The notes: generated from the letters alone by a model not told the origin. A stretch of DNA of 64,000 nucleotides from Eledone cirrhosa (GCA_964016885.1 OZ024740.1:208568001-208632000); one strand, 5' to 3'; positions 12,701 to 25,739 are shown, counted from the first letter of the stretch. Numbers and translations: made by a program.

Positions 12701-15700
12701 GGTTAGTGTTAGCGTTAGGCTTAGCGTTACTGTTACAGTTAGTGTTAGGGTTAATGTTAGGGTTAGGGTTAGGGTTAGGGTTAGGGTTAATGTTAGTGTT
12801 AGGGTTAGGGTTAGGGTTAGTGTTAGGGTTAGTGTTAGGGTTAGGTTAGGGTTACGATTACGGTTACAGTTTTGGTTAGGTTTAGTGTTAGGGTTAGCTT
12901 TAAGATTAGGATTAGGGTTACGGTTAGCGTTAGTTTTAGAGTTAGGGTCATGGTTTGGGGATAGGGTTAGTTTTAAACTTTAGGGTTAAGATTAAGGTTA
13001 GGGTTAGTGTTAGGGTTAAGGTTATGGTTATTGTTAGGGTTACATTTAGCATCAGGGTTGTGGTTAGCGTTAGGGTTAGGGTAAGTGTTACGGTTAGTGT
13101 TACCGTTATGGTTAGGGTTAAGGTTAGGGTTAGCGTTAGAGTTAGGGTTAGGTTTAGTGTTAGGGTTAGGGTTAGTGTTAGGGTTACGGTTGGCGTTAGC
13201 GTTAAGGTTAGGGTTACGGCTAGGGTTAGTGTTAGGGTTAGGGTTAGCGTTCGCGTTAGGGTTAGTTTTATCGTTAGGGTTAGGGTTAGGTATAGCGTTA
13301 GGGTTAGGGTTAGAATTAGGGGTAGGTTTAGAATTAGGGTTACCGTTTGAGTTAGGGTTAGGGTTAGGGATAGTGTTAGGGTGAGCGTTAGGGTTAGGTT
13401 TAGGTTTAGTGTTAGGTTTAGGGTTACTGTTAGGGTTAGCTTTAGGGGTAGTATTAGTGTTAGGGTTTGCGTTTAGGTTAGGGTTAGGGTTAGGGTTAGG
13501 GTTAGGGTTAGAGTTAGGGTTAGGTTTAGTGTTAGGGTTAGGGTTAGTGTTAGGGTTACGGTTAGCGTTAGGGTTACGGTTGCCGTTAGCGTTAGCGTTA
13601 GGGTTAGGGTTAGGGTTAGGGTTAGGGTTAGCGTTCGCGTTAGGGTTAATTTTATCGTTAGGGTTAGGGTTAGGTATAGCGTTAGGGTTAGGGTTAGGAT
13701 TAGGGGTAGGGTTAGAATTAGGGTTGCCGTTATGGTTAGGGTTAGGGTTAGGATTAGGGTTAGGGTTAATTTATGTTAGGGTAGCCTTAGGGTTACGGTT
13801 AAGTTTAGGGTTAGCGTTAGGTTTAGGGTAAGTGTTACGGTTAGGGTTACCGTTATCGTTTGGGTTAGGGTTAGGGTTGGTCTTCGCATTAGTGTTAGTG
13901 TTAGGGTTAGGGTTAGGGTTAGGGTTAGGGTTAGGGTTAGGGTAAGTGTAGTAGTTAGGGTTAGCGTTAGGCTTAGCGTTAGTGTTACAATTAGTGTTAG
14001 GGTTAGTGTTAATGTTAGGGTTAGGCTTAAGGTTAGGGTTAGGGCTACCGGGATGGTTAGGGTTAGTGTTAGGGTTAGAGTTAGGGTTAGGGTTAGGGTT
14101 AGGGTTATGGTTAGGGTTAGGGTTAGGTTGAGTGTTAGGGTTAGGGTTAGGGTAAGTGTTACGGTTAGGGTTGCCGTTATGGTTAGGGTTAGGATTAGGG
14201 TTAGCGTTAGAGTTGGGGTTAGGTTGAGTGTTAGGGTTAGGGTTAGGGTAAGTGTTACGGTTAGGGTTGCCGTTATGGTTAGGGTTAGGATTAGGGTTAG
14301 CGTTAGAGTTGGGGTTAGGTTTAGTGTTAGGGTTAGGGTTAAGGTTAGGGTTACGGTTAGCGTTAGGGTGTGGGTTACCGGTAGGGTTAAGGTTAGGGTT
14401 AGGGTTAGGGTTAGGGTTTGGGTCAGGGTTAGGGTTAGTGTAGTGGTTAGTGTTAGCGGTAGACTAAGCGTTACTGTTACAGTTAGTGTTAGGGTTAGTG
14501 TTAGGGTTAGGGTTAGTGTTAGGGTTAGAATTAGGGTTAGCATTAGGTTTAGGGTTAGTGTTAGGGTTAGGGTTAGGGTTAGGGTTAGTGTTAGGGTTAG
14601 GGTTAGGGTTAGGGTTAGCATTAGGCTTCGCGTTATGGTTAGTGTTAGCGTTAGGGTTTGGGTTTGGGTTAGGGTTAGGTTTAGGGTTATTGTTAGGGTT
14701 ACGTTTAGCATCAGGGTTGTGGTTAGCGTTAGGGTGAGGGTAAGTGTTATGGTTAGTGTTACCGTTATGGTTAGGGTTAGGGTTAGGGTTAGCGTTAGAG
14801 TTAGGGTTAGGTTTAGTGTTAGCGTTAGGGTTAGTGTTAGGGTTACGGTTAGCGTTAGGGTTACGGTTGCCGTTAGCGTTAGCGTTAGGGTTAGGGTTTG
14901 GGTTAGGGTTAGGGTTAGCGTTCGCGTTAGGGTTAGTTTTATCGTTAGGGTTAGGGTTAGGTATAGCGTTAGGGTTAGGGTTAGGTTTAGGGGTAGGGTT
15001 AGAATTAGGGTTGCCGTTATGGTTAGGGTTAGGGTTAGGTTTAGGGTTAGGGTTAATTTATGTTAGGGTAGCCTTAGGGTTACGGTTAAGTTTAGGGTTA
15101 GCGTTAGGTTTAGGGTAAGTGTTACGGTTAGGGTTACCGTTATCGTTAGGGTTAGGGTTAGGGTTAGTGTTCGCGTTAGTGTTAGTGTTAGGGTTAGGGT
15201 TAGGGTTAGGGTTAGGGTTAGGGTAAGTGTAGTAGTTAGAGTTAGCGTTAGGCTTAGCGTTAGTGTTACAATTAGTGTTAGGGTTAGTGTTAATGTTAGG
15301 GTTAGGCTTAAGGTTAGGGTTAGGGCTACCGGGATGGTTAGGGTTAGTGTTAGGGTTAGAGTTAGGGTTAGGGTTAGGGTTAGGGTTATGGTTAGGGTTA
15401 GGGTTAGGTTGAGTGTTAGGGTTAGGGTTAGGGTAAGTGTTACGGTTAGGGTTGTCGTTATGGTAAGGGTTAGGATTAGGGTTAGCGTTAGAGTTGGGGT
15501 TAGGTTTAGTGTTAGGGTTAGGGTTACGGTTAGGGTTACGGTTAGCGTTAGGGTGTGGGTTACCGTTAGTGTTAGGGTTAGTGTTAGGATTAGGGTTAGC
15601 GTTAGCCTTAGGGTTAGTGTTAGCGTTAGGGTTAGGGTTAGGGTCAGGGTTAGGGTCAGTGTAGTGGTTAGTGTTAGCGGTAGACTAAGCGTTACTGTTA

Positions 15701-18700
15701 CAGTTAGTGTTAGGGTTAGTGTTAGGGTTAGGGTTAGGGTTAGGGTTAGTGTTAGGGTTAGCATTAGGTTTAGGGTTAGTGTTAGGGTTAGGGTTAGGGT
15801 TAGGGTTAGGGTTAGTGTTAGGGTTAGGGTTAGCATTAGGCTTCGCGTTATGGTTAGTGTTAGCGTTAGGGTTAGGGTTTGGGTTAGGGTTAGGTTTAGG
15901 GTTAGTGTTAGGGTTAGGTTTAGGGTTATTGTTAGGGTTACGTTTAGCATCAGGGTTGTGGTTAGCGTTAGGGTTAGGGTAAGAGTTATGGTTAGTGTCA
16001 CCGTTATGGTTAGGGTTAGGGTTAGGGTTAGCGTTAGAGTTAGGGTTAGGTTTAGTGTTAGGGTTAGGGTTAGTGTTAGGGTTACGGTTAGCGTTAGGGT
16101 TACGGTTGCCGTTAGCGTTAGCGTTAGGGTTAGGGTTTGGGTTAGGGTTAGGGTTAGCGTTCGCGTTAAGGTTAGTTTTATCGTTAGGGTTAGGGTTAGG
16201 TATAGCGTTAGGGTTAGGGTTAGGTTTAGGGGTAGGGTTAGAATTAGGGTTGCCGTTATAGTTAGGGTTAGGGTTAGGTTTAGGGTTAGGGTTAATTTAT
16301 GTTAGGGTAGCCTTAGGGTTACGGTTAAGTTAAGGGTTAGCGTTAGGTTTAGGGTAAGTGTTACGGTTAGGTTTACCGTTATCGTTAGGGTTAGGGTTAG
16401 GGTTAGTGTTCGCGTTAGTGTTAGTGTTAGGGTTACGGTTAGGGTTAGGGTTAGGGTTACGGTTAGCGTTAGGGTTACGGTTGCCGTTAGCGTTAGCGTT
16501 AGGGTTAGGGTTAGGGTTAGCGTTCGCGTTAGGGTTAATTTTATCGTTAGGGTTAGGGTTAGGTATAGCGTTAGGGTTAAGGTTAGGATTAGGGGTAGGG
16601 TTAGAATTAGGGTTGCCGTTATGGTTAGGGTTAGGGTTAGGATTAGGGTTAGGGTTAATTTATGTTAGGGTAGCCTTAGGGTTACTATTAAGTTTAGGGA
16701 TAGCGTTAGGTTTAGGGCTCGGGTTAGGGTTCGGGTTAGCGTTAGGCTTCGGGTAGGGTTAGGGTTCGCGTTAGTGATAGAGTTAGGGTTAGGATTAGGC
16801 TTATCGTTAGGGTTAGGGATAGTGTTAGGATTAGAGGTTAGTGTTAGGGTTCGGGTTAGGATTAGGGTTAAAGTTAGGGTTACGGTTACGATTAGGGTTA
16901 GGGTTGGGGTTAGGGTTAGGATTAGGGTTAGGGATAGGGTTAGGGTTATGGTTAGGGTTATTGTTACGGATAGTGTTAGGGTGAGCGTTAGGGTTAGGTT
17001 TAGGTTTAGTGTTAGGTTTAGGGTTAGCTTTAGGGTTAGCTTTAGGGGTAGTATTAATGTTAGGGTTTGCGTTAGGGTTAGGGTAAGGGTAGGGTTAGGG
17101 TTATTGTTAGGGTTAGCGTTAGAATTAGTGTTAGGGTTAGTGTTATGGTTAAAGATTAGGGTTATATTTAGGGTTATATTTAGGGTTATTGTTTAGGTTA
17201 GCGTTAGGGTTATGGTATGTGTTACGGCTAGGGTTACCGTTATTGTTAGGCTTAGGGTTAGGGTTAGCGTTCGCGTTAGTGTTAGTGTTAGGGTTAGGGT
17301 TAGGGTTAGGGTTAGGGTTAGTGTTAGGGTTAGGGTTAGGGTTAGGGTTAGGTTGAGTGTTAGGGTTAGGGTTAGGGTAAGTGTTACGGTTAGTGTTGCC
17401 GTTTTGGTTAGGGTTAGGATTAGGGTTAGCGTTAGAGTTAGGGTTAGGTTTAGTGTTAGGGTTAGGGTTACGGCTAGGGTTACGGTTAGCGTTAGGGTGT
17501 GGATTACCGTTAGCGTTAGGGTTAGTGTTAGGATTAGGGTTAGCGTTAGCCTTAGGGTTAGTGTTAGCGTTAGGGTTAGGGTTAGGGTCAGGGTTAAGGT
17601 TAGTGTAGTGGTTAGTGTTAGCGGTAGACTAAGCGTTACTGTTACAGTTAGTGTTAGGGTTAGTGTTAGGGTGAGGGTTAGAGTTAGCGTTAGGGTTAGC
17701 GTTAGGGTAGTGTTAGGGTTAGGGTTAGGGTTAGGGTTATGGTTAGGGATAGGGTTAGGTTGAGCGTTAGGGTTAGGTTTAAGTTTAGTGTTAGGGTTAG
17801 GGTTAGGGTTAGGGTTATCGTTAGGGGTAGTATTAGTGTTAGGGTTAGCGTTAGGGATAGGGTTAGGGTTAGGTTTAGGGTTAGGGTTAGGGTTAACGTT
17901 AGGATTAGTGTTAGGGTTAGTGTTATGGTTGAAGATTAGGGTTATGGTTAGGGTTATGTTTAGCGTTAAGATTAGGGTTATTGTTTAGGCTAGCGTTAGG
18001 GTTAGGGTAAGTGTTACGATTAGGGTTTCCGTTATCGTTAGGGTTAGGGTTATGGTTAGGGTTAGGATTAGGGTTAGGGTTAGGATTAGGGTTAGGGTTA
18101 GGGTTAGGTTGAGTGTTAGTGGTAGGGTTAGCGTTAGGATTAGGGTTAGCGTTATAGTTAGGGTTAGGTTTAGTGTTAGGGTTAGTGTTAGTTTTACGGT
18201 TAGCGTTAGGGTTTGGGTTCGTGTTAGCGTTAGGGTTAGGGTTCGGGTCAAGGTTAGGGTTAGTGTAGTGGTTAGGGTTAGCGTTAGGATTAGCGTTACA
18301 ATTACAGTTAGTGTTAGGGTTAGTGTTAGGGTTAGGGTTAGGGTTAGAGTTAGGGTTACTGTTACAGTTTTGGTTAAGGTTAGTGTTAGGGTCAGCGTTA
18401 GGGTTAGCCTTAGGTTTAAGTTTAGCGTAAGGATTAGGGTTAGGGTTAGGGTTAGCGTTAGTTTTAGGGTTAGGGTTAGGGTTTGGGGATAGGGTAAGTT
18501 TTAGCGTTAGGACTAAGATTAAGGTTAGGGTTAGTGTTAGGGTTAGGGTTATGGTTATTGTTAGGGTTACGTTTAGCGTCAGGGTTGTGGTTAGCGTTTG
18601 TGTTAGGGTAAGTGTTACGGTTAGTGTTACCGTTATGGTTAGGGATAGTGTTAGGGTTAGCGTTAGAGTTAGGGTTAGGGTTACGGTTAGCGTTAGGGTT

Positions 18701-20270
18701 AGGCTTAGGATTTTGGGTAGTGTTAGAATTAGGGTTGCCGTTAGGGTTAGGGTTAGGGTTAGGGTTAGCATTAGGGTTAGGTTTCACTTTATGTTAGGGT
18801 AGCCTTAGCGTTAGGGTTACGGCGAGGTTTGGGGTTAGCGTTAGGGTTAGCGCTAGGCTTAGGGTAGGGTTAGGGTTAGGGTTAGTGATAGAGTTAGGGT
18901 TAGGATTAGGCTTATAGTTAGGGTTAGGGATAGTGTTAGGGTTAGGGTTAGGGTTAGGGTTAGGGTTAGAGTTAGGGTTACGGTTACGGTTAGGGTTAGG
19001 GTTGGGGTTATAGATATGGTTAGGGTTAGGGTTAGGGTTAATGTTAGTGTTAGGTTTAGGGTTAGGGTTAGGGTTAGGATTAGATTTAAGGTTAGGTTTA
19101 CCTTTATTGTTAGGGTTAGCGTTAGCGTTGAGTTTAGCGTTAGGCTTAGGGTTAGGTTTATTGGTTAGGGTTAGGGTTAGAGTTAGGGCTAGGGTTAGCG
19201 TTAGGTTTAGGTTTAGGGTTAGGGTTAGGGTTAGGGTTAGGGTTAGGGTTAGGTTTAGCGTTACGGTTAGGGTTAGGGTTAGGGTTAGGGTTAGGGTTAA
19301 AGATTAGGGTTATGGTTAGTGTTATATTTAGCGTTAAGGTTAGGGTTATTGTTTAGGTTAGCGTTAGGGTTAGGGTAAGTGTTACGATTAGGGTTTCCGT
19401 TATCGTTAGTGTTAGGGTTAGGGTTAGCGTTCGCGTTAGTGTTAGTGTTAGGGTTAGGGTTAGGCTTAGGGTTAGTGTTAGGGTTATGGTTAGGATTATG
19501 GTCAGGGTGAGAGTTAGAGTTAACGTTAGTGTTAACGTTAGTGTTAACGTTAGTGTTAGAGTTAGGGTTTGGGTTAGGGATAAGATTTGTGTTGGGGTTA
19601 GATTTAGCGTTAAAGTTAGGGTTAGCGTAAGGATTATGGTTAGTGTTATGTTTAACGTTAGGGTCAGGGTTAGCATTAGGGTTAGGGTTAGGTTTGATGT
19701 TAGGTTTAGCGTTAGGGTTAGGATTAACGTAAGGGTTAGGGTTAGAGTTAGGTTTAGCGTTAGGGTTACGGTTAGGATTAGAGTTAGGGTTAGGGTTAAC
19801 GTTAGGGTTAGTGTTAGGTTTAGGGATAGCGTTAGTGTTAGGGTTCGTGTTAGTGTTAGGGTTAGGGTTAGGGTTAGGGTTTGGGTTAACATTAATGTTA
19901 GGGTTAGGATTAGGTTGGCGTTAGGGTTAGGGTAAGTGATACGGTTAGGGTTAATCGTTATCGTTAGGGTTAGGTTTAGGGTTAGCGTTCGCGTTAGTGT
20001 TAGTGTTGGTGTTAGTGTTAGGGTTAGGGTTACGGTTAGGGTTAGGGTTAGGATTAGGTTGAGGGTTAGGGTTAGGGTTAGGGTTAGGGTTAGGGTTATC
20101 GTAAGTGTAGTGTTTAGGGTTAGCGTTAGGCTTAGCTTTAGCGTTACAATTAGTGTTAGGGTTAGTGTTAGTGTTAGGGTTAGGGTTAGGGTTAGGGTTT
20201 GGATTAGGAGTAGAGTTAGGGTTAGGGTTACCGGTATGGTTAGTGTTAGGGTTGGTGTTAGGGTTAGGGT

Positions 20271-20553
20271 GTTTGTGTGTGTGTGTGTGTTGAATGTCCC
20301 CAACTACGCACGTGCATGCATGCAATGTATAATATGTATAATTATACGATCGAGTGGCAGAGAGAGAGGGGGGAGTGAGAGAGAGAGAGAGAGAGAGGGA
20401 GGGAGAGAGAGGGAGAGAGAGAGAGAGAGAGGGGGGGGAGAAAGATAGAGAGAGAGAAACAGCCAGACGCCCAGACAGAAAGAAAGAGAGTGCCAGAATT
20501 TATAAACATAGAGAGAGAGGGGCTAGAGAAAGGGGCTGAGAAAGAGTAGAGGA
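20271..20553 (+). repeat. Non-telomeric insert, copy 1 (copy of the array-flanking unique sequence)
   Basis: (GT)n-TGAATGTCC...GCACGTGCATGCATGCAATGTATAATATGTATAATTATACG-(GA)n, homologous to 22443-22692 and 24128-24474. Confidence 0.93.
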
Positions 20554-22442
20554 GGGTTGGGGTTAGGTTTAGCGTTAGTGTTACTGTTAGCGTTAGGGTT
20601 AGCGTTAGGGTTAGCGTTAGGGTTAGGGTTAGGTTTAAGGTAGGGTTAGCATTAGGGTTAGGGTTAGCGTCAGGGTTAGGGTTAGGGTTAGGGTTAGGTT
20701 TAGCGTTAGGCGTAGGGTTTGGTTTAGGGTTAGCGTTAGTGTTAGGGTTACAGTTAGTGTTTGGGTTAGGGTTATTGTTAGGGTCGGCGTTAGGGTTAGG
20801 GTTAGGATTAGGGTTAGGGTTCGGTTTAGGATTAACGTTAGTGTTAGGGTTAGGGTTAGGGTTAGGGTTAGCGTTAGGTTTAGCGTTAGGGTTAGGGTTA
20901 GGGTTAGGTTTAAAGGTTAGGGTTAGCGTTAGGGTTAGCGTTAGCGTCAGGGTTAGGGTTAGGGTTAGGTTTATGGTTAGGTTTAGCGTTAGGTTTAGGG
21001 TTTGGTTTAGGGTTAGGGTTAGGGTTAGGGTTAGCGTCAGGGTTAGGGTCAGGGTTAGGTTTAGCGTTAGGGTTAGGGTTAGGATTAGGCTTAGGGTTAG
21101 TGTTTAGGTTAGCGTTAGGGTTAGGGTTAGGGTTAGGTTTAGGGTTAGTTTAGCGTTAGGTTTAGGGTTTGGTTTAGGGTTAGCGTTAGGGTTAGGGTTA
21201 GAGTTAGTGTTTGGGTTAGGGTTAGCGTTAGGGTTAGGGTTAGGATTAGCGTTAGGGTTAGGGTTAGGGTTAGGGTTAGTGATAGAGTTAGGGTTAGGAT
21301 TAGGCTTATAGTTAGGGTTAGGGATAGTGTTAGGGTAAGGTTTACCTTTATTGTTAGGGTTAGCGTTAGCGTTGAGTTTAGCGTTAGGCTTAGGGTTAGG
21401 TTTATTGGTTAGGGTTAGGGTTAGAGTTAGGGCTAGGGTTAGGTTTAGCGTTACGGTTAGGGTTAGGGTTAGGGTTAGGGTTAAAGATTAGGGTTATGGT
21501 TAGTGTTATATTTAGCGTTAAGGTTAGGGTTATTGTTTAGGTTAGCGTTAGGGTTAGGGTAAGTGTTACGATTAGGGTTTCCGTTATCGTTAGGGTTAGG
21601 GTTAGGGTTAGCGTTCGCGTTAGTGTTAGTGTTAGGGTTAGGGTTAGGCTTAGGGTTAGTGTTAGGGTTATGGTTAGGATTATGGTCAGGGTGAGAGTTA
21701 GAGTTAACGTTAGTGTTAACGTTAGTGTTAGAGTTAGGGTTTGGGTTAGGGATAAGATTTGTGTTGGGGTTAGATTTAGCGTTAAAGTTAGGGTTAGCGT
21801 AAGGATTATGGTTAGTGTTATGTTTAACGTTAGGGTTAGGGTTAGCATTAGGGTTAGGGTTAGGTTTGATGTTAGGTTTAGCGTTAGGGTTAGGATTAAC
21901 GTAAGGGTTAGGGTTAGAGTTAGGTTTAGCATTAGGGTTACGGTTAGGATTAGAGTTAGGGTTAGGGTTAACGTTAGGGTTAGTGTTAGGTTTAGGGATA
22001 GCGTTAGTGTTAGGGTTCGTGTTAGTGTTAGGGTTAGGGTTAGGGTTGGGGTTTGGGTTAACATTAATGTTAGGGTTAGGATTAGGTTGGCGTTAGGGTT
22101 AGGGTAAGTGATACGGTTAGGGTTAATCGTTATCGTTGGGGTTAGGTTTAGGGTTAGCGTTCGCGTTAGTGTTAGTGTTGGTGTTAGTGTTAGGGTTACG
22201 GTTACGGTTAGGGTTAGGGTTAGGATTAGGTTGAGGGTTAGGGTTAGGGTTAGGGTTAGGGTTAGGGTTATCGTAAGTGTAGTGTTTAGGGTTAGCGTTA
22301 GGCTTAGCTTTAGCGTTACAATTAGTGTTAGGGTTAGTGTTAGTGTTAGGGTTAGGGTTAGGGTTAGGGTTTGGATTAGGAGTAGAGTTAGGGTTAGGGT
22401 TACCGGTATGGTTAGTGTTAGGGTTGGTGTTAGGGTTAGGGT

Positions 22443-22692
22443 GTCTGTGTGTGTGTGTGTTGAATGTCCACAACTACGCACGTACATGCATGCAATGTAT
22501 AATATGTATAATTATACGATCGAGTGGCAGAGAGAGAGGGGGGAGTGAGAGAGAGAGAGGTGGAGAGAGGGGGGGGGAGAAAGATAGAGAGAGAGAGACA
22601 GCCAGACGCCCAGACAGAAAGAAAGAGAGTGCCAGAATTTATAAACATAGAGAGAGAGGGGCTAGAGAAAGGGGCAGAGAAAGAGTAGAGGA
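22443..22692 (+). repeat. Non-telomeric insert, copy 2
   Basis: Near-identical to 20271-20553 with the same flanking variant repeats. Confidence 0.93.
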
Positions 22693-24127
22693 GGGTTGGG
22701 GTTAGGTTTAGCGTTAGTGTTACTGTTAGCGTTAGGGTTAGCGTTAGGATTAGGGTTAGGGTTAGGTTTAAGGTAGGGTTAGCATTAGGGTTAGGGTTAG
22801 CGTCAGGGTTAGGGTTAGGGTTAGGGTTAGGGTTAGGTTTAGCGTTAGGCGTAGGGTTTGGTTTAGGGTTAGCGTTAGTGTTAGGGTTACAGTTAGTGTT
22901 TGGGTTAGGGTTATTGTTAGGGTCGGCGTTAGGGTTAGGATTAGGGTTAGGGTTCGGTTTAGGATTAACGTTAGGGTTAGGGTTAGGGTTAGGGTTAGCG
23001 TTAGGTTTAGCGTTAGGGTTAGGGTTAGGGTTAGGTTTAAGGTTAGGGTTAGCGTTAGGGTTAGCGTTAGCGTCAGGGTTAGGGTTAGGGTTAGGTTTAG
23101 GGTTAGGTTTAGCGTTAGGTTTAGGGTTTGGTTTAGGGTTAGGGTTAGGGTTAGGGTTAGGGTTAGCGTCAGGGTTAGGGTCAGGGTTAGGTTTAGCGTT
23201 ATGGTTAGGGTTAGGATTAGGGTTAGGGTTAGTGTTTAGGTTAGCGTTAGGGTTAGGGTTAGGGTTAGGTTTAGGGTTAGTTTAGCGTTAGGTTTAGGGT
23301 TTGGTTTAGGGTTAGCGTTAGGGTTAGGGTTAGAGTTAGTGTTTGGGTTAGGGTTAGCGTTAGGGTTAGGGTTAGGATTAGCGTTAGGGTTAGGGTTAGG
23401 GTTATGGTTAGGGTTTGGTTTAGGGTTATGTTTAGCGTTAGCGTTAGGGCTAGGGTTAGTGTTAGCTTTAGGGTTAGTGTCAGGTTTACGGTTAGCGTTA
23501 GAGTTAGGATTAGGTTTAGCGTTAGGTTTAGGTTTAGTGTTAGGGCTAGGGTTAGGGTTAGGGTTAGGGTTAGGGTTAGTATTAATGTTATTGTTAGGGT
23601 TAGGGTTTGCGTTAGGGTTAGAGTTAGGGTTAGCGTTAGGGTTAGTGTTAGGGTTAGTGTTAGGTTTAGGGTTAGGGTTAGCGTTAGGGTTAGGTTTAGA
23701 GTTAGGGTTAGGTTTAGGGTTAGGATTTGGGTTATTGTTAGGGTTAGGGTTAGGAATTGCGTTAAGGTTAACGTTAGGGTTGGCGTTAGGTTTAGAGTTA
23801 GGTTTAGGGTTAGGGTTAGTGTTATGGTTAGGTTTGGGTTTATGGTAGGGTTAGGGTTAGGGTTAGGGTTAGGGTTAGCGTTAGTGTTACCGTTAGTTTT
23901 AGGGTTAGCGTTAGTGTTAAGGTTAGGTTTGAGGTTATGGTTAGCGTTAGGGTTAGAGTTAGCGTAAGGGTTACGGTTAGGGTTAGGTTTAGCGTTAGGG
24001 TTAGGGTTAGGGTTAGTTTTAGGGTTAGGTTTGGGTTTAGGGTTAGGGTTATGGTTAGCGTTAGGGTTAGGGTTAGGATTAGGGTGAGGGTTACCGTTAC
24101 GGTTAGTGTTAGGGTTAGGGTTAGGGT

Positions 24128-24474
<347 letters not shown>

Positions 24475-24763
24475 GGGATAGAAAGTGGCAGAGAAACAGA
24501 TAATGAAAGATTAGTAAGACGTTTGAACAAAGTGAGCCCGGCCATATATCACACAGGTTAACTGTGTTGTGAACCATAACGAAGCTGCCAGATCTTAGTA
24601 AATTCGCCTTCTACAATAGAATCTTGTTATCATAGCGACCTCCAATCTAACAGTGGCCATGTTTTAGAACTGATAACAGATAATGGAGTGTTACTTTAAA
24701 GCATAACACTGAGGCATAAATAACATAAAACATTTTACACTGTGTGTGTATATATATATGTAT

Positions 24764-25739
24764 ATATATGCAAAAGTTTTATTTAAAATTGTTGGGTTAC
24801 AACGAGTAAATATTTTATAACTGATATAAAAGCACTCAACAAGTTTTGGAGTATTTTACGATATTAAACAAATAGAAACTACATTTATAAAACCATATTT
24901 ATTTCATTATATATATTTCAGGGATATCATATTAAAAATATGGTATGCCCTCTTCAGACAAAATACAATATATAAACAGTTTTATAAATAAATTTGACAT
25001 ACCTTAAAATTTTACAACTTCCATTTAAAAAGTTGTTATGGTAGTGAAAATGTTAAGGACAGTTAGAGACGGAGAGAAAAAAAAAAAGAAAGTGTATAGT
25101 GCTAAGGACAGTTAGAGAGGAAGGTGAAGAGGATGAAGAAATGTATGTAAAGAAAAAACCACAGAGCGAGATAGAGAGAGAGAGATATGGGAGAGAGAAA
25201 TATTGAGGAGGTGAAAATTTATTTATTTATTTATTTATTTAGTTAGTTATAGTGTTAAGGATACGGAGAGAAATAAAAATAAAAATAAATAAAGATAGGT
25301 AGAAAGAGATATATGTGGTAGGAGAAAAGAGGTAGATCGAGTAATATCTATTATACGAGGTGGGAGAGATAGGGGAGGGGTGATATACAGGAGGTAGAGT
25401 TAAAACAGCCGATACATAAGTCCCGTCAAGTGTAGAGGGAGGAGGAGAAGAGATATATTCAGAAATAAAGATGATAGTTTTAAAATATTATGTTTCATCA
25501 GTCTATCAATTCTTATGAATTATAATGTAAATATCAATATTCATGAATGACACATATCAATAATGTGTGAAAAAATAATGACTATATGTTAGGTTTATAA
25601 TCAAAATCTGAGATAAAATCTGAGATAAAACTTTAAAAAAAAAAATACTGAAATACATAAGTATATATGTATGTTCATGAAAAAAGAAAAAGAAAAAAGA
25701 AGGTTATCTCAAATTCAAGTTGACATTATAGACACATGT
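24764..25739 (-). repeat. 3' pseudo-LTR (portion shared with the upstream copy)
   Basis: Direct repeat of 28621-29628 with a few substitutions and indels. Confidence 0.93.
24895..24971 (-). ncRNA. Type I hammerhead ribozyme in the 3' pLTR
   Basis: Minus strand: ATATTGTATTTTGT-CTGAAGA-GGGCATACCATATTTTTAATATGATATCCCT-GAAA-TATATA-TA^ATGAAATAAATAT. Stems I and II pair, and stem III is a short palindrome as in minimal PLE hammerheads. Confidence 0.8.

Larger units (their letters stand above)
18880..23400 (+). repeat. Higher-order tandem duplication in the telomeric array (about 18880-21275 and 21276-23400)
   Basis: Rare variant strings recur at about 2.17-2.18 kb spacing, e.g. TTAAAGATTAGGGTTATGGTTAGTGTTATATTTAGCG at 19297 and 21481, and the inserts at 20271 and 22443. 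Confidence 0.9.
1..24127 (+). repeat. Degenerate telomeric (TTAGGG)n array, at least 24 kb, G-strand on +, runs off the left edge of the window
   Basis: Continuous hexamer register of TTAGGG mixed with substitution variants (TTAGCG, TTAGTG, TTAGGT, TTAAGG, TTACGG, TTATGG, TTAGGA, TTAGAG). Interrupted only by two short non-telomeric inserts. Confidence 0.98.

Noticed and set aside
20327-20350. Resemblance to loxP (also ATAACTTCGTA at 34261)
   Set aside because: Only partial AT-rich matches, without paired 13-bp arms.
1-24127. Canonical terminal telomere
   Set aside because: Wrong strand orientation relative to the unique DNA, and too degenerate throughout.
25490-25505. CTGATGA on the minus strand of the pLTR as a second hammerhead
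   Set aside because: No stem II followed by GAAA.
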